Shown: piece by piece, positions 7,672 to 17,136 of the stretch
How positions within the stretch are numbered: position 1 is the stretch's first letter
How the letters are laid out: each line of letters starts with the position of its first letter
Source: a virus
Reading direction: 5' to 3' (one strand)
DNA length: 64,000 nt
IMG/VR virus record: IMGVR_UViG_3300007276_000045
Coordinates: 1 to 64,000 of that record
Translations under genes and position numbers: made by a program
The notes under the pieces: generated by a model
The model's database searches: none
What the model was told of the DNA's origin: nothing
What the model saw: only the letters and a program-made list of their open reading frames with translations

Positions 7672-8280
7672 TTAGACCGTGCTTGCAAGAGCACCGCCGT
7701 AGCCAGTATCTTTACCTACATGCTCCATGAAGTCATAGCGGAGTCCAAGTTCGATAGTATGGAATTCGTTAGTAGAGTAGTTAAACTCAGCAGTCTTCCA
7801 AGACTTGGGGTAAACTCCAGTCAACCGAGTTTCATACAGAGGTTGTCCTCTGGAATCCAGATGAACAATAATCGCTCTGCCCTTAAAGGTGTTGGGTTGC
7901 CCCCCTTGACCTTCGGTATGGAACTTACCCGTAGTGGGATCGTAGATCGAAGAGAACCACTGCCACAAGGCATTCGAAACACTCTTGTTGTAGAAGTTGT
8001 CAAAGGTAACCGTAAGCTCCTCAGGCGAAGCCTTACCGGGGTAGAAGACCTTATCGTTAACACGGTTAACTTCGATGTCCTCTACTGTCATGCCGACCTG
8101 AGAGACTTGCTTTGCAGCAAGAGTTAGGTCAGTAGGATTTGCTTGATTTACCAGACTCGGCATGTCAAGAAATTGAATCTCGAACTGGTATGCTCTTACA
8201 GAATCCAGTCCTTCCGAGATGATGGGCTTAATACTTCCCCTATTGGTTTCGGAAGAGACGTAGGTTGCTTTTTGTGCCAT
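7672..8280 (-). CDS. Tail tube protein (T4 gp19-like)
   Basis: YQFEIQF, FYPGKASPEELTVTF, WQWF, GVYPKSW...LRYDF; directly downstream of the sheath gene. Confidence 0.9.
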   Translation of the reverse strand: MAQKATYVSSETNRGSIKPIISEGLDSVRAYQFEIQFLDMPSLVNQANPTDLTLAAKQVSQVGMTVEDIEVNRVNDKVFYPGKASPEELTVTFDNFYNKSVSNALWQWFSSIYDPTTGKFHTEGQGGQPNTFKGRAIIVHLDSRGQPLYETRLTGVYPKSWKTAEFNYSTNEFHTIELGLRYDFMEHVGKDTGYGGALASTV

Positions 8281-8291
8281 AGTTATTTCTC

Positions 8292-10475
8292 CTAGCTAAT
8301 GCTCGCTGATTGTGAAGTGAGGTTAAGTTCGAAGATCACCATCTCAGCGGTCTTGGTGGGCTTGATAAGAACTTTACACCACATCTCGTTTCGATCAACT
8401 CGAATTGGCGTGTTAACAGTCTCGTTACAGATTACCTTGAACTCGGTAATACCTCTGTTGTTAGAGATGTCTTCCAAGAGAGGGTTAATTAGATCTTCAA
8501 CTCTAGCCCAAGTGAACCTATCGTTCGGCTCGAAGACTAGTCGTTGCGTCGAAGCGAGGATGACCTTCTTGATGTAGATCATCATGCGCCTTACGTTAAT
8601 CCTGTCCAGTGCGGTAGGTTGTCTTTGTGCCGTTCTTTGGCCGAAGATTGCGATACCGTTTTGGGGGAAGTTAACGATTGGGTTGATGCAGTTTCCACCA
8701 GAGTATAGTGAATCGCGATCACCTTGGTTGAGTACAACCTCAACATCCGTAGGCTTGGTCAAGCGGCCTCGTACAAAGCCAGCAGGAGCGAACCATGGGA
8801 AGGCTACACTATCCGTTACACCCATCTGACGCACACCGTAGATGGCAGGATCTAACCAGCGGTCCTTACCGTCAAAGACTTGGAAGACTTTGACCCAAGG
8901 CCAGTAGATCGTAGCGTAAGAACTGTTGATCGCAGCCGTTCTGGTCGTAGCGAAACCGTTACTCCAGTCAATCGCATCGCCAGTTGTACCCACAGCATAT
9001 GGAGGTGAGACAGCGGCGAGGAAGTCCGTGGTTCTTTCTGCAACCGTAATCAGTCCGTTCTGAACAGATTGTAGGTCACCAACACCCGGACCCGGAGCAA
9101 GAGCAATCGAGACATTCAGGATGGGATCATCCAGAGCTTCAATTCCAGTCTTACCACCAGTCGCCTTTACTTCACCAACAATCGTGCTTACCACATCAGC
9201 TTCAGCAGATGGGATACCACTATCACCCCCAGCCAAGTTGTAGGTTCCTTGAACCAGCTTGACGAAGCGAGGATCAGCAGCCACTCCAGTAACCCCACCA
9301 CCCTGTCCACCCGTTAGGGATACAGCACCTACTAAGCTCGTAAGAGGCTTCTCGAAAGAGGTAAGAGGCGTTGGGACAATATCAGTGTATTCACCAGTGG
9401 CATAGTTTGCAGTGATGAAGTTCGAGGTTCTAGCATCGTAGTTCGTACCAATCTGATCTTCGATGAAGGCAGAAGAAGTAGCACCTGCGATGAACGACTC
9501 AGCAGCAGAGCCTAGATCGTTTACAGTGAGTGCGTTATTCGCACCACCAAGAACACCTACTTCGAAGGAGACACCGCTAGTGTCACCGTCAGTCTTGGTT
9601 CCAGTGTTATAGCCTGCTCCGGGGAACAAACTCTTAGCATGGTAACTAGCCTTGGTAGTATCAATACTAGTTCCAGAGGCAGTCCCGTTCGCGGTGGCAG
9701 TCCCAGCACCGCCAGTGATGCTTAGAGGCTGAAGGCCAACAACATCCACATAGGTGAGGTCTGTTTTCTGGATCTGCATTTGAACGTCAACAGATGCTGC
9801 GTTACCCGCTGCAAGTGCAACGAAGAAAGAGGAAGCGTCAATGCCGTTTGAATCTGCGAAAGCACCAACCTTATCAGCGTCTAGTGATCCACCGACAACC
9901 TTTTTAAGTGCAGCAATCGTAGTTGCCCCTTGCGAAGCCGAGGTGCTTAACGTACCTTTAGCAACAGTATAAGTCTTGTTATCTACAATCTTAGTTCTGT
10001 TTTGGTCATAAGCAGTAACGATGAACTTAACAGAAGAGGTTTGGAGATCGGAACTACCGAGAGCGGAAACACCCCCACCAGCAGCCCGTGCAGGAACTCC
10101 ATCTTGACCAGCCATAAGCGGGAAGGCGTTAGTACCGCTAACTTGGAAGGCAGGGCAAGCACCGATCTGGACAGCAGCCGAAGCTTCTACTGCACTGTCA
10201 CCAGCACAGCGAATGAATCGCATCGAGTTAGTAGCCTCCAGAATCTCAAGCGCACCTTCAAGGGCCTGACCCTTAACGGCTTCGCTCGGTTCACCGAAGG
10301 TATCGACAAGCTGCTGTTGGCTAGTGATCAGCGTGGCTTTGTTGTTGTTTAAACCTGCGATTGGTCCTCGGTCTGCGAAACCGACGATACCGACAACAGA
10401 TGAATTAATTTGGGCGGGGTAGTCAGAGATATCCTTCTCAATGACATATACACCGGGGCTAACGTAGTTGGGCAT
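8292..10475 (-). CDS. Tail sheath protein (T4 gp18-like)
   Basis: MPNYVSPGVYVIEKD, WFAPAGFVRG, INPIVNF, FGQRT, DRINVRR, FEPND. Confidence 0.97.
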   Translation of the reverse strand: MPNYVSPGVYVIEKDISDYPAQINSSVVGIVGFADRGPIAGLNNNKATLITSQQQLVDTFGEPSEAVKGQALEGALEILEATNSMRFIRCAGDSAVEASAAVQIGACPAFQVSGTNAFPLMAGQDGVPARAAGGGVSALGSSDLQTSSVKFIVTAYDQNRTKIVDNKTYTVAKGTLSTSASQGATTIAALKKVVGGSLDADKVGAFADSNGIDASSFFVALAAGNAASVDVQMQIQKTDLTYVDVVGLQPLSITGGAGTATANGTASGTSIDTTKASYHAKSLFPGAGYNTGTKTDGDTSGVSFEVGVLGGANNALTVNDLGSAAESFIAGATSSAFIEDQIGTNYDARTSNFITANYATGEYTDIVPTPLTSFEKPLTSLVGAVSLTGGQGGGVTGVAADPRFVKLVQGTYNLAGGDSGIPSAEADVVSTIVGEVKATGGKTGIEALDDPILNVSIALAPGPGVGDLQSVQNGLITVAERTTDFLAAVSPPYAVGTTGDAIDWSNGFATTRTAAINSSYATIYWPWVKVFQVFDGKDRWLDPAIYGVRQMGVTDSVAFPWFAPAGFVRGRLTKPTDVEVVLNQGDRDSLYSGGNCINPIVNFPQNGIAIFGQRTAQRQPTALDRINVRRMMIYIKKVILASTQRLVFEPNDRFTWARVEDLINPLLEDISNNRGITEFKVICNETVNTPIRVDRNEMWCKVLIKPTKTAEMVIFELNLTSQSASIS

Positions 10476-10487
10476 TTAAATTATCTC

Positions 10488-10664
10488 CTATGCGTTTTTG
10501 ATCGAGATTAGACTTCGTTGTTGATATCTAATAACATCGTCAGTGATATACGAAGCAGGGACTTGAATACTCTGCTCTGGAGCTAAATAAAAGCTTTTAA
10601 CACCTTCTTCAGTTTGTAAATAGATGTTCCAGCTTTGTAGACTAGTGTTGGTGAGTCGCTTCAT
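10488..10664 (-). CDS. Small hypothetical protein (58 aa) upstream of the sheath gene; not in the ORF track
   Basis: MKRLTNTSLQSWNIYLQTEEGVKSFYLAPEQSIQVPASYITDDVIRYQQRSLISIKNA; AGGAG ribosome-binding site and TAAATA upstream; fills the gap. Confidence 0.75.
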   Translation of the reverse strand: MKRLTNTSLQSWNIYLQTEEGVKSFYLAPEQSIQVPASYITDDVIRYQQRSLISIKNA

Positions 10665-10680
10665 ATCATTATCTCCTTAG

Positions 10681-10686
10681 TATTTA
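10681..10686 (-). promoter_or_regulatory. Candidate late promoter TAAATA
   Basis: Resembles the T4 late box TATAAATA; intergenic, just upstream of an AGGAG site; same motif at 15602-15607 and 17716-17721. Confidence 0.5.
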
Positions 10687-10707
10687 CTCAACTTGTGAGG
10701 GTTTTTA

Positions 10708-11445
10708 TTATTTTTTTTCATATATAGTGGCATCCAATTTGAACTCTTCAATTTCACCTGTAGATGTGATGATAAATCTAGGGTTTGGAATATAGCCTTC
10801 TAATTTTACAGAAAAGGATCTCCTAACAACGCGCTCTTGCCTGTCAGAAGTATCCAGAGAGGATTTATCAGATTCTTGCTCAATATGAGCTTGAGCTACA
10901 TTAGTTTGTGCGGTCTTAATAACTAAGTGTGGGTTGAATAGTAGTCTAACTTGCTCGACCAACTGGTCCATATCAGCCTTATATTTGCACCACACATTAA
11001 TGTTGTACTCAATATCTACTGCTCTCGGAGCCTCACTAATGATACGAACTGCTCTTTTTTTCTCTTCACTCCAAAAAGTTTCGTTAATTATCTGTGCTGC
11101 TGGCCTTCTTCGGTTATCCGCATTTGCCGAGGAGTTTTGGCTAATAGATATGATGGGTAGAATAATGTTGTTTTCTTGCTTCAGCTTGGCGATGGTCCGC
11201 TCAGGGTTTGCGTGGATACATCTAACATCTACAACCTTATCCTCGGAGTTCATATACCCTAGAGTCCCAAGTTTAGAAATTATATACTGCAAAGCATCAC
11301 GATAGAAGTGAGGGATAATATTTACTTTATTAGTACGCTCTGCGATCTTTCTTCTTGCCCACATGGTGGGATCTTCCCCCACATCCGAGACAGAAATGTC
11401 ACCAGTCGCAAAGCTTTCTAACATAGTGTTTCTACTAAAGCTCAT
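10708..11445 (-). CDS. Tail completion / sheath stabiliser (gp15-like)
   Basis: Lies between neck and sheath genes; LPIISISQ, PRAVDIEYNINVW, QLVEQVRLLFNP. Confidence 0.7.
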   Translation of the reverse strand: MSFSRNTMLESFATGDISVSDVGEDPTMWARRKIAERTNKVNIIPHFYRDALQYIISKLGTLGYMNSEDKVVDVRCIHANPERTIAKLKQENNIILPIISISQNSSANADNRRRPAAQIINETFWSEEKKRAVRIISEAPRAVDIEYNINVWCKYKADMDQLVEQVRLLFNPHLVIKTAQTNVAQAHIEQESDKSSLDTSDRQERVVRRSFSVKLEGYIPNPRFIITSTGEIEEFKLDATIYEKK

Positions 11446-12034
11446 TATACCCTTCCTCTAAGCTCTTAACTACTTCTTGTCTTCCAAGAGGCTCAGATAC
11501 ATCAGTGAGGGGTGTATCTTGTACATCATCAGAGTCGCGCAGGAGTTTAGCAGCGCAAACAAGATGATAAACACCATAAATTTCAAAGCTATCTTCTTGG
11601 ACTTCGATAATCTCATATCTCTGGTTCTGGAACTTGGGTTGAAGGACATCCCCAGCCTTGAGATGCCCCTTAATTCGCTGCTCCATGTAGCTCTTATTGA
11701 AGATAAAAATCTGATCGTTAGATAATTCAATTCCAAACTCAGTTAAGTTTTCCTCAAGAACCTTTGGCTCATAGTGACCAAAAACTATAACGGGATCTTT
11801 GGAGACAGGCTTGTTTCGAGCCTCCATGTATACGTCATCAAACTGATCCTCACCCTGAACATACTGGTAGTATAGAATCTCTGACCCAGAGATCTTAATC
11901 ATCTCATCATCAACCATATTAAAAAGGTTGATGTCTGGGTTGACGGGATCAAAGAAACTTAACTCCCCACTAGACTCTTCAATCTGTGGGAGAGCAGGGG
12001 GTTTTACGTTAACCTTATAGTTATTATGAGCCAT
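11435..12034 (-). CDS. Neck / head-closure protein (gp14-like)
   Basis: EMIKISGSEILYY, DDVYME, LTEFGIEL, GDVLQ, YEIIEV. Confidence 0.75.
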   Translation of the reverse strand: MAHNNYKVNVKPPALPQIEESSGELSFFDPVNPDINLFNMVDDEMIKISGSEILYYQYVQGEDQFDDVYMEARNKPVSKDPVIVFGHYEPKVLEENLTEFGIELSNDQIFIFNKSYMEQRIKGHLKAGDVLQPKFQNQRYEIIEVQEDSFEIYGVYHLVCAAKLLRDSDDVQDTPLTDVSEPLGRQEVVKSLEEGYNEL

Positions 12035-12900
12035 TAATAAGTTGAGAAGCGAGCGGGTTCTTCGAACTCATCAAGCAATCTCTTGAGAAGAGCTTCTTTC
12101 TCCTCTTGGCTTTCCTTAACGAGAGCGTCACCATTTAGCTTCGCACCACCACCGGGAGAAGGCACAGTTTGGTACTTGCCTCTAATCTGGCCTAAGGTTC
12201 CTTTAGCACACGCTAAGGCATAGTTCTGAATCCAGTTCCTATACGCTGGGTGTAAAGTGTCAGAGTTTAAGCCTCTGTAGATTACAATTGCTACTTGGTT
12301 ATCTGTAACAGGCTTTGGACTGATGTGGAGGTATCTGTTGTCTAGCACCGAGAAGGAACCCTCTTGGCCTAAAATCTTTCTCATCATCTCCAGATTCTGC
12401 TGTAATAGGTAGAATTCCCCCACTCCAAAGTTTTGGAACAAGTAGTTATCTTGGAAGTATTTGATAAAGAAATCAAACTCCAAGGTACCAGCTTCTTGTT
12501 GGATGGATAGTAGGGTTTTTTTGTAGACCACATACTCTAAGTTGTTAAGAATATAACTCGGCAACTCGTAAGTGGACACCCCAGCAGTGCATTGAAAGGT
12601 TACAAACTGCGTAGAGAAAAGCGGAGCATGGTTATACATGGTAGTGACCGCTTCGTCAATACAAGTCTTAAGTTGGTAGGGAGTTAACTCCACCCTAATT
12701 ACGGGGTGCCCTAGTCTAGCTAAAACGAAGTCCTTAATTACTTCATCAAAGTGTGTAAATTCAACACCATCTACCGTGGTGGTGTTGTTAAGCTTCTCAA
12801 CATCAATCTCACCATTAGTTTTAGTGGCATCATTAACATTGGCTCCTGCATAGGGAGCAAAGCTATTACCGTATGCTGCTAGCTTCGGTCGAGTCGGCAT
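12034..12900 (-). CDS. Neck / head-tail adaptor (gp13-like)
   Basis: LARLGHPVIRVEL, WIQNYALA, LGQIRGKY, PGGGAKLNG. Confidence 0.88.
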   Translation of the reverse strand: MPTRPKLAAYGNSFAPYAGANVNDATKTNGEIDVEKLNNTTTVDGVEFTHFDEVIKDFVLARLGHPVIRVELTPYQLKTCIDEAVTTMYNHAPLFSTQFVTFQCTAGVSTYELPSYILNNLEYVVYKKTLLSIQQEAGTLEFDFFIKYFQDNYLFQNFGVGEFYLLQQNLEMMRKILGQEGSFSVLDNRYLHISPKPVTDNQVAIVIYRGLNSDTLHPAYRNWIQNYALACAKGTLGQIRGKYQTVPSPGGGAKLNGDALVKESQEEKEALLKRLLDEFEEPARFSTY

Positions 12901-13090
12901 CCTTAATCACCTTTTTAGTAGTTTGTTTGACCGCTTTCTTAACTGGTTGGGGTTTTGGTGTGCTGTCAACTGCGACAAAGCCACCTCTCGGAGTAGTCGC
13001 CGCATCAATTATATCCCCTTCTCGTACAAGACGGAGATTCCCCTCCTGCACAATGACTACGGGGTCTTTTGTGATGCAACGAAATTTCAT
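12866..13090 (-). CDS. Small hypothetical protein with a basic tail (possible head accessory)
   Basis: Overlaps both neighbours; lies after the capsid gene. Confidence 0.55.
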   Translation of the reverse strand: MKFRCITKDPVVIVQEGNLRLVREGDIIDAATTPRGGFVAVDSTPKPQPVKKAVKQTTKKVIKDADSTEASSIR

Positions 13091-13290
13091 AGCTTCTTCT
13101 TCTTCTTAGTAGCCTTCTTCACAACCTTTGGCTCTTCTACCACTGGCTTCGTTTGAACTGCTTCAGTAACCTCGATAAGCCAGTTCTGTAACCTTGGGGG
13201 TGCATCAGGAAGTTCGACAATCTGTCCGGGAATTAAAGTGGTTTTTCGATATCTCTCTTCGTAATCACCAACGTACATGTATTTTCTCAT
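13087..13290 (-). CDS. Small hypothetical protein with a Lys-rich tail
   Basis: GAGGAGG ribosome-binding site and CTATATAA box upstream; architecture similar to the next gene (PGQIVEL vs EGDIIDA, basic tail). Confidence 0.65.
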   Translation of the reverse strand: MRKYMYVGDYEERYRKTTLIPGQIVELPDAPPRLQNWLIEVTEAVQTKPVVEEPKVVKKATKKKKKL

Positions 13291-13323
13291 AGGAAGTTCC
13301 TCCTAATTATATAGGTAAAAGAG

Positions 13324-13355
13324 AAGAGCCGAGGAAAATTAATTCCTCGGCTCTT
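13324..13355 (-). terminator. Intrinsic terminator after the major capsid gene
   Basis: 13-bp perfect stem AAGAGCCGAGGAA / TTCCTCGGCTCTT with a 6-nt loop; pyrimidine/T run follows on the minus strand. Confidence 0.8.
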
Positions 13356-13382
13356 ATCACTTTTAAACTAACTTACGTTAGA

Positions 13383-14927
13383 TTACGGGCTTACTCGGTT
13401 ACCACCTAAGGGGCTAGCGAGAGCTTTCTGACCGGGTTGGTACAGGAAGTTAGCCGTAGCACCGACAAGTCGGATGATGCGGTAGAAGCGACCCTCAGGC
13501 GATACAGCAGCCTTACCGTAACGGGTAAGGATACCCTTCCTTGGTTGGAAGGTAGTCGGATCGGTGATGGTGGGAAGCTGCTGGAGCGGGATGTACGGCG
13601 AGTAGACGTAACCTGCATCCATCGGGCTAGAACCCTTGTAACCAATCATGATCTCGTCCTCAGGGTACATCGGGTCGATGTAGAGATCATACTTGCCAGC
13701 GAACTTGCCACGGTACTCAATGGAGTTAGGCGTAAGGTTCGTCGGACGATCAGCAGGAGCCATGCCACCCTCAAGCTTCGCAGCCGATTCAAGCATCGAA
13801 GCGATGATTGGAGAGGTGACTAAGAACGTACCCGGACCACGGAAGGTCGTGCGGTAGATGTCGTTCGAGGCAAAGTTGATCGCAGCAAGAAGGTTGGCAT
13901 ACACCTGACCAACGTGCTGAGGAGCAAAAGCGGTTCCACGGAAGTCGCCAGCTAAGTCCACAAGGTAGACGTTGCTGTTAGTTCCCGAAGGGTTAAACGC
14001 ACCAGCGTTAGCGAAGTCGTAGAGGTACTCGGTAGGAGTAAATCCACGCTCAGACGGGGTTTCAGTGGCAGTAGCCTTAGCTGAGTTGCGACCCGTAGCA
14101 CCGAAGTCGTTGGAGTTCGCCATGTCGAGAGACTGACGGTTCCAGCCCGTCATACCAGACGGATCGTAAGCGATCATACGAAGATCTTCAATAAGCTCAC
14201 GGTCGATTTCCAAGGTAAGTTCCTTAGAAAGAAGATCCGTAAGTTCACCCTCAAGGTTGAGGTTGTGGTATGCACGAAGGTCTTGAGCGGCTTCAAGAGT
14301 CCAGAGCGCACGCATCTTGCGAGTACGCGCAACAACGGGCTGCTGCTCAATGTGCATGTTCATCTCAGGGATTTCGTCACCCGTGAGAGTTTCACCAGCC
14401 GAGACACTGTAGCCGAGGATCGTAGTCGCATCCGGGAAGGAAGCGATTTGACCACCCATCGTAGCCGATGGCGCACCAGATGCGTTGTTGAAGACAGTAC
14501 TAAACTGAATATCATCGTTGCTCGTACCAGCACCCTGCTGGATGGAGCTTGCAGTGTTGCCACCATACGTCAAGCGGTACTTGCTGTAAATGGTTTCAGT
14601 GCGGTTGAACGATCCAGAGTGACGATCAGCACCGAGGTAGAAGATCTGTGAGACGGGACCACCCATCGGTTGAACACCGACAATGGCGTTGGCGATTAAC
14701 TGTGGATAAACGCGACGAACGAGAGGGAATGCAAACTTCTGGAACGTGCCAAGCTTACCGACAGAAGTCGGAGCGTCAGCTTCGTCAACTCGATCCTGCT
14801 TCTCAGCAAGAATCGACTTGGCTTGGTTCTCAAGCAGTTGTGCAGTAACGCTACGAGTGTAGTCGTTGGAGATCCCCTCAAGCACAGGCGACCACTTAGT
14901 CAAGAGAGTAGAATTTTCTTGTAACAT
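13383..14927 (-). CDS. Major capsid protein (T4 gp23-like)
   Basis: KWSPVLE, QLLENQ, PLVRRVYP, GVQPMGGP, ARTRKMRALWTLEAAQDL, EIDRE, YSPYIPL, TFQPRKGILTRYG. Confidence 0.98.
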   Translation of the reverse strand: MLQENSTLLTKWSPVLEGISNDYTRSVTAQLLENQAKSILAEKQDRVDEADAPTSVGKLGTFQKFAFPLVRRVYPQLIANAIVGVQPMGGPVSQIFYLGADRHSGSFNRTETIYSKYRLTYGGNTASSIQQGAGTSNDDIQFSTVFNNASGAPSATMGGQIASFPDATTILGYSVSAGETLTGDEIPEMNMHIEQQPVVARTRKMRALWTLEAAQDLRAYHNLNLEGELTDLLSKELTLEIDRELIEDLRMIAYDPSGMTGWNRQSLDMANSNDFGATGRNSAKATATETPSERGFTPTEYLYDFANAGAFNPSGTNSNVYLVDLAGDFRGTAFAPQHVGQVYANLLAAINFASNDIYRTTFRGPGTFLVTSPIIASMLESAAKLEGGMAPADRPTNLTPNSIEYRGKFAGKYDLYIDPMYPEDEIMIGYKGSSPMDAGYVYSPYIPLQQLPTITDPTTFQPRKGILTRYGKAAVSPEGRFYRIIRLVGATANFLYQPGQKALASPLGGNRVSP

Positions 14928-14938
14928 AGTATTTTTCC

Positions 14939-15580
14939 TTACTTAAGATTGGATTGAGGCATGAACTTCATAACCTCCGGGGTTAAGAGTTCGTTGTATG
15001 CCTGTGCTTCAGGCTTATTAACCTCTCTTTTGTCAACATCTTCTGCAATGATGACAGCTTTTTCGGAAGACTTAAACGGCTCGTCCTTAGATTCCTCTAA
15101 TACATCGACAGCCTCTAATAGAGTTGCCTTATCTTCCTTAAGTCTATCGACTTTCGAAGAGACAGCTTTCAGGGAAGTAGCAAGCTTCTCGTTTTCCTCA
15201 AAAGATTTTTTGAGTTCTTCGGTAAGCACACTAACCTCTTCTTCATGCTCTCTCTGTTCTTGAACGAGATCAGAAATTGCGCTTTCTTCATCGTCCTTCT
15301 TCAGTTCCAGTGCCATCAAAGTTTTAACTGATTCGAATAGCGAAGCGTTGCGTAGAACGTCACTCTCCTCATTCAATTCTCTCATGGCTTGGTCTTTTAC
15401 TTCGTCAACTCTAGAGCGGAGGAAGCCTTTGACCTTGGATTCAAGTTCACGGACTTTCTCATCCACCTGTTCAGTGATGACGGTGTTAACCAGCGTGGCA
15501 ATTTCCGTAATTGCAGCCTCCGAGAGACCCTCGGGCAGCAACTCAGCAATCGGCAGCGTTTGTTCGTTTGGTTTATTCAT
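14939..15580 (-). CDS. Prohead core scaffold (gp22-like)
   Basis: Acidic coiled-coil protein between the protease and capsid genes; many LxE sites. Confidence 0.8.
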   Translation of the reverse strand: MNKPNEQTLPIAELLPEGLSEAAITEIATLVNTVITEQVDEKVRELESKVKGFLRSRVDEVKDQAMRELNEESDVLRNASLFESVKTLMALELKKDDEESAISDLVQEQREHEEEVSVLTEELKKSFEENEKLATSLKAVSSKVDRLKEDKATLLEAVDVLEESKDEPFKSSEKAVIIAEDVDKREVNKPEAQAYNELLTPEVMKFMPQSNLK

Positions 15581-15637
15581 AGAGTTCGACTCCTATCAAA
15601 ATATTTACAGAATAACTGTAGTTAAGGTTAAAAATTT

Positions 15638-16243
15638 TTATTTTTTGCTTAGTTTATTTTTGAGCATCGTAATAAAAACTTTTTCAGATAATGCCTTATC
15701 ATAGGTCTGTCGTACCGTGTCATCAATAAATTTTGAATCCGTGGACTCGTTAACGAGGCCGGGGAAAGCTCCCTTCGTAGAAGGATCAGCAACCAGATCA
15801 AAAGTTACGAGCTTGAAGTCCTCGTTTACAACAGAATATTCACCTCTTTCTGTGAGAGATCCCATCCCTCTAGAGGAGATTCCGAGCTTAACACCACCCT
15901 TAATAAGAGCCTGTGCGACTTGGCCGCAAGGAGTATTAAGGATCTCAGCCTCACCAATCATCTCATCACCTCGCATTTGTAGCTTAGTAACTAGATGAGA
16001 GACATTGCCTAATTTTACCGCATCGTGGGTAGGGTGGTCAAGTTCACCCATGAGCCTGCGCTCAACAATAGCTTCATCCAACCGATTCATCTCCCGAACA
16101 AGAAGCTTCTTTTCATAGATTCTCTTGTTGTGGTTTGGGGAACCAGCGCGTTGAAAGATGCCAGCAATCTTCATAGTACCTGAAGACTTTGATTCCTCTA
16201 GAACTTGTAGTTCCTCAATAATAAATGTATCAGTAATAAACAT
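15638..16243 (-). CDS. Prohead protease (gp21-like)
   Basis: GIFQ, NKRIY, GELDHP, VSHL, ILNTPCG, LGISSRGMGSL, FDLVADPS. Confidence 0.96.
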   Translation of the reverse strand: MFITDTFIIEELQVLEESKSSGTMKIAGIFQRAGSPNHNKRIYEKKLLVREMNRLDEAIVERRLMGELDHPTHDAVKLGNVSHLVTKLQMRGDEMIGEAEILNTPCGQVAQALIKGGVKLGISSRGMGSLTERGEYSVVNEDFKLVTFDLVADPSTKGAFPGLVNESTDSKFIDDTVRQTYDKALSEKVFITMLKNKLSKK

Positions 16244-16686
16244 TAGGAGCCTCCTCCTTTAATAGCTTTCTTAGAGTTCTTGATCTTGTCTTTAGCACCC
16301 GGCCCGTACTTACTCATTAGTCTCTTACTTTTGGTAGCACCATGTTTAAGTGCTGTCCTATTAGAATGTGCTTTTACACTCTTCCAATCAGAAGATGGAG
16401 TAGACGCTCCCGGAGTAAAGCCTTTGGCAATTTTCCCAGAACTCTTCTTGCCCCAACCAGCTTTAGAAATTACATAAAGCCTATCGGAGCCTTTAGTGCT
16501 GAAGACCTGTCCAACTGTTCCTTGTTCTAGAGCCTTGGCAATAGTAGCAAAGACGCGCACCCGACCTTTAACAGCCTTGGTAGCACCTTTTTTCTTTGCA
16601 CCGTCTCTACTGGTATACTTCTCTCGGCCCTTGGATGATCCTTGGCCCGATTCGGCACGCCCCTCTAGAATATGGAATAAGCTCAT
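16243..16686 (-). CDS. Very basic hypothetical protein, candidate internal head protein
   Basis: MSLFHILE leader followed by a K/G/S-rich body; coupled to the protease gene. Confidence 0.6.
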   Translation of the reverse strand: MSLFHILEGRAESGQGSSKGREKYTSRDGAKKKGATKAVKGRVRVFATIAKALEQGTVGQVFSTKGSDRLYVISKAGWGKKSSGKIAKGFTPGASTPSSDWKSVKAHSNRTALKHGATKSKRLMSKYGPGAKDKIKNSKKAIKGGGS

Positions 16687-17129
16687 GATCTCTTAGCTTT
16701 AATACGCTTGAGGATTCGTTTTACGTTGTCCTCTTCGTCATCCTTCTTAGTGTCTTTACTTTGGGCACCACCCATGTTCACACCCAGACCACCAGCAGCG
16801 GTCATCTCGGTAATAGTTTGTTTCATTTCCGAAACAAGCTCCTTTAATTCACTGACTAAGGATTTTAGTTCAGCAACTTCCGTCAAGGGTTGAGGGGTTG
16901 GTGTTTCGGGGATGGACTCTTGCTGTACTTCAGGCTGGTTGCCTTCAGTAAGGGAAGCGACGAAATCATTAGGAACCTCGATGTTAGAAACATCTGGTAC
17001 CTGTTGAGTAATGTCTGGCGAGTAAGAAGATTGCACAGGGTTAAGAGTAGGAGGGGTGTTAAACCCCTGCCCACCAGTTTGTTCCTGAGCTAATAGCTTC
17101 TCCGCGAAATCTCCAACTGAGAACTCCAC
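16683..17129 (-). CDS. Hypothetical protein, candidate prohead core component
   Basis: GTG start; P/Q-rich segment then coiled coil; LTE/ITE sites. Confidence 0.55.
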   Translation of the reverse strand: MEFSVGDFAEKLLAQEQTGGQGFNTPPTLNPVQSSYSPDITQQVPDVSNIEVPNDFVASLTEGNQPEVQQESIPETPTPQPLTEVAELKSLVSELKELVSEMKQTITEMTAAGGLGVNMGGAQSKDTKKDDEEDNVKRILKRIKAKRS

Positions 17130-17136
17130 GTTAGCC

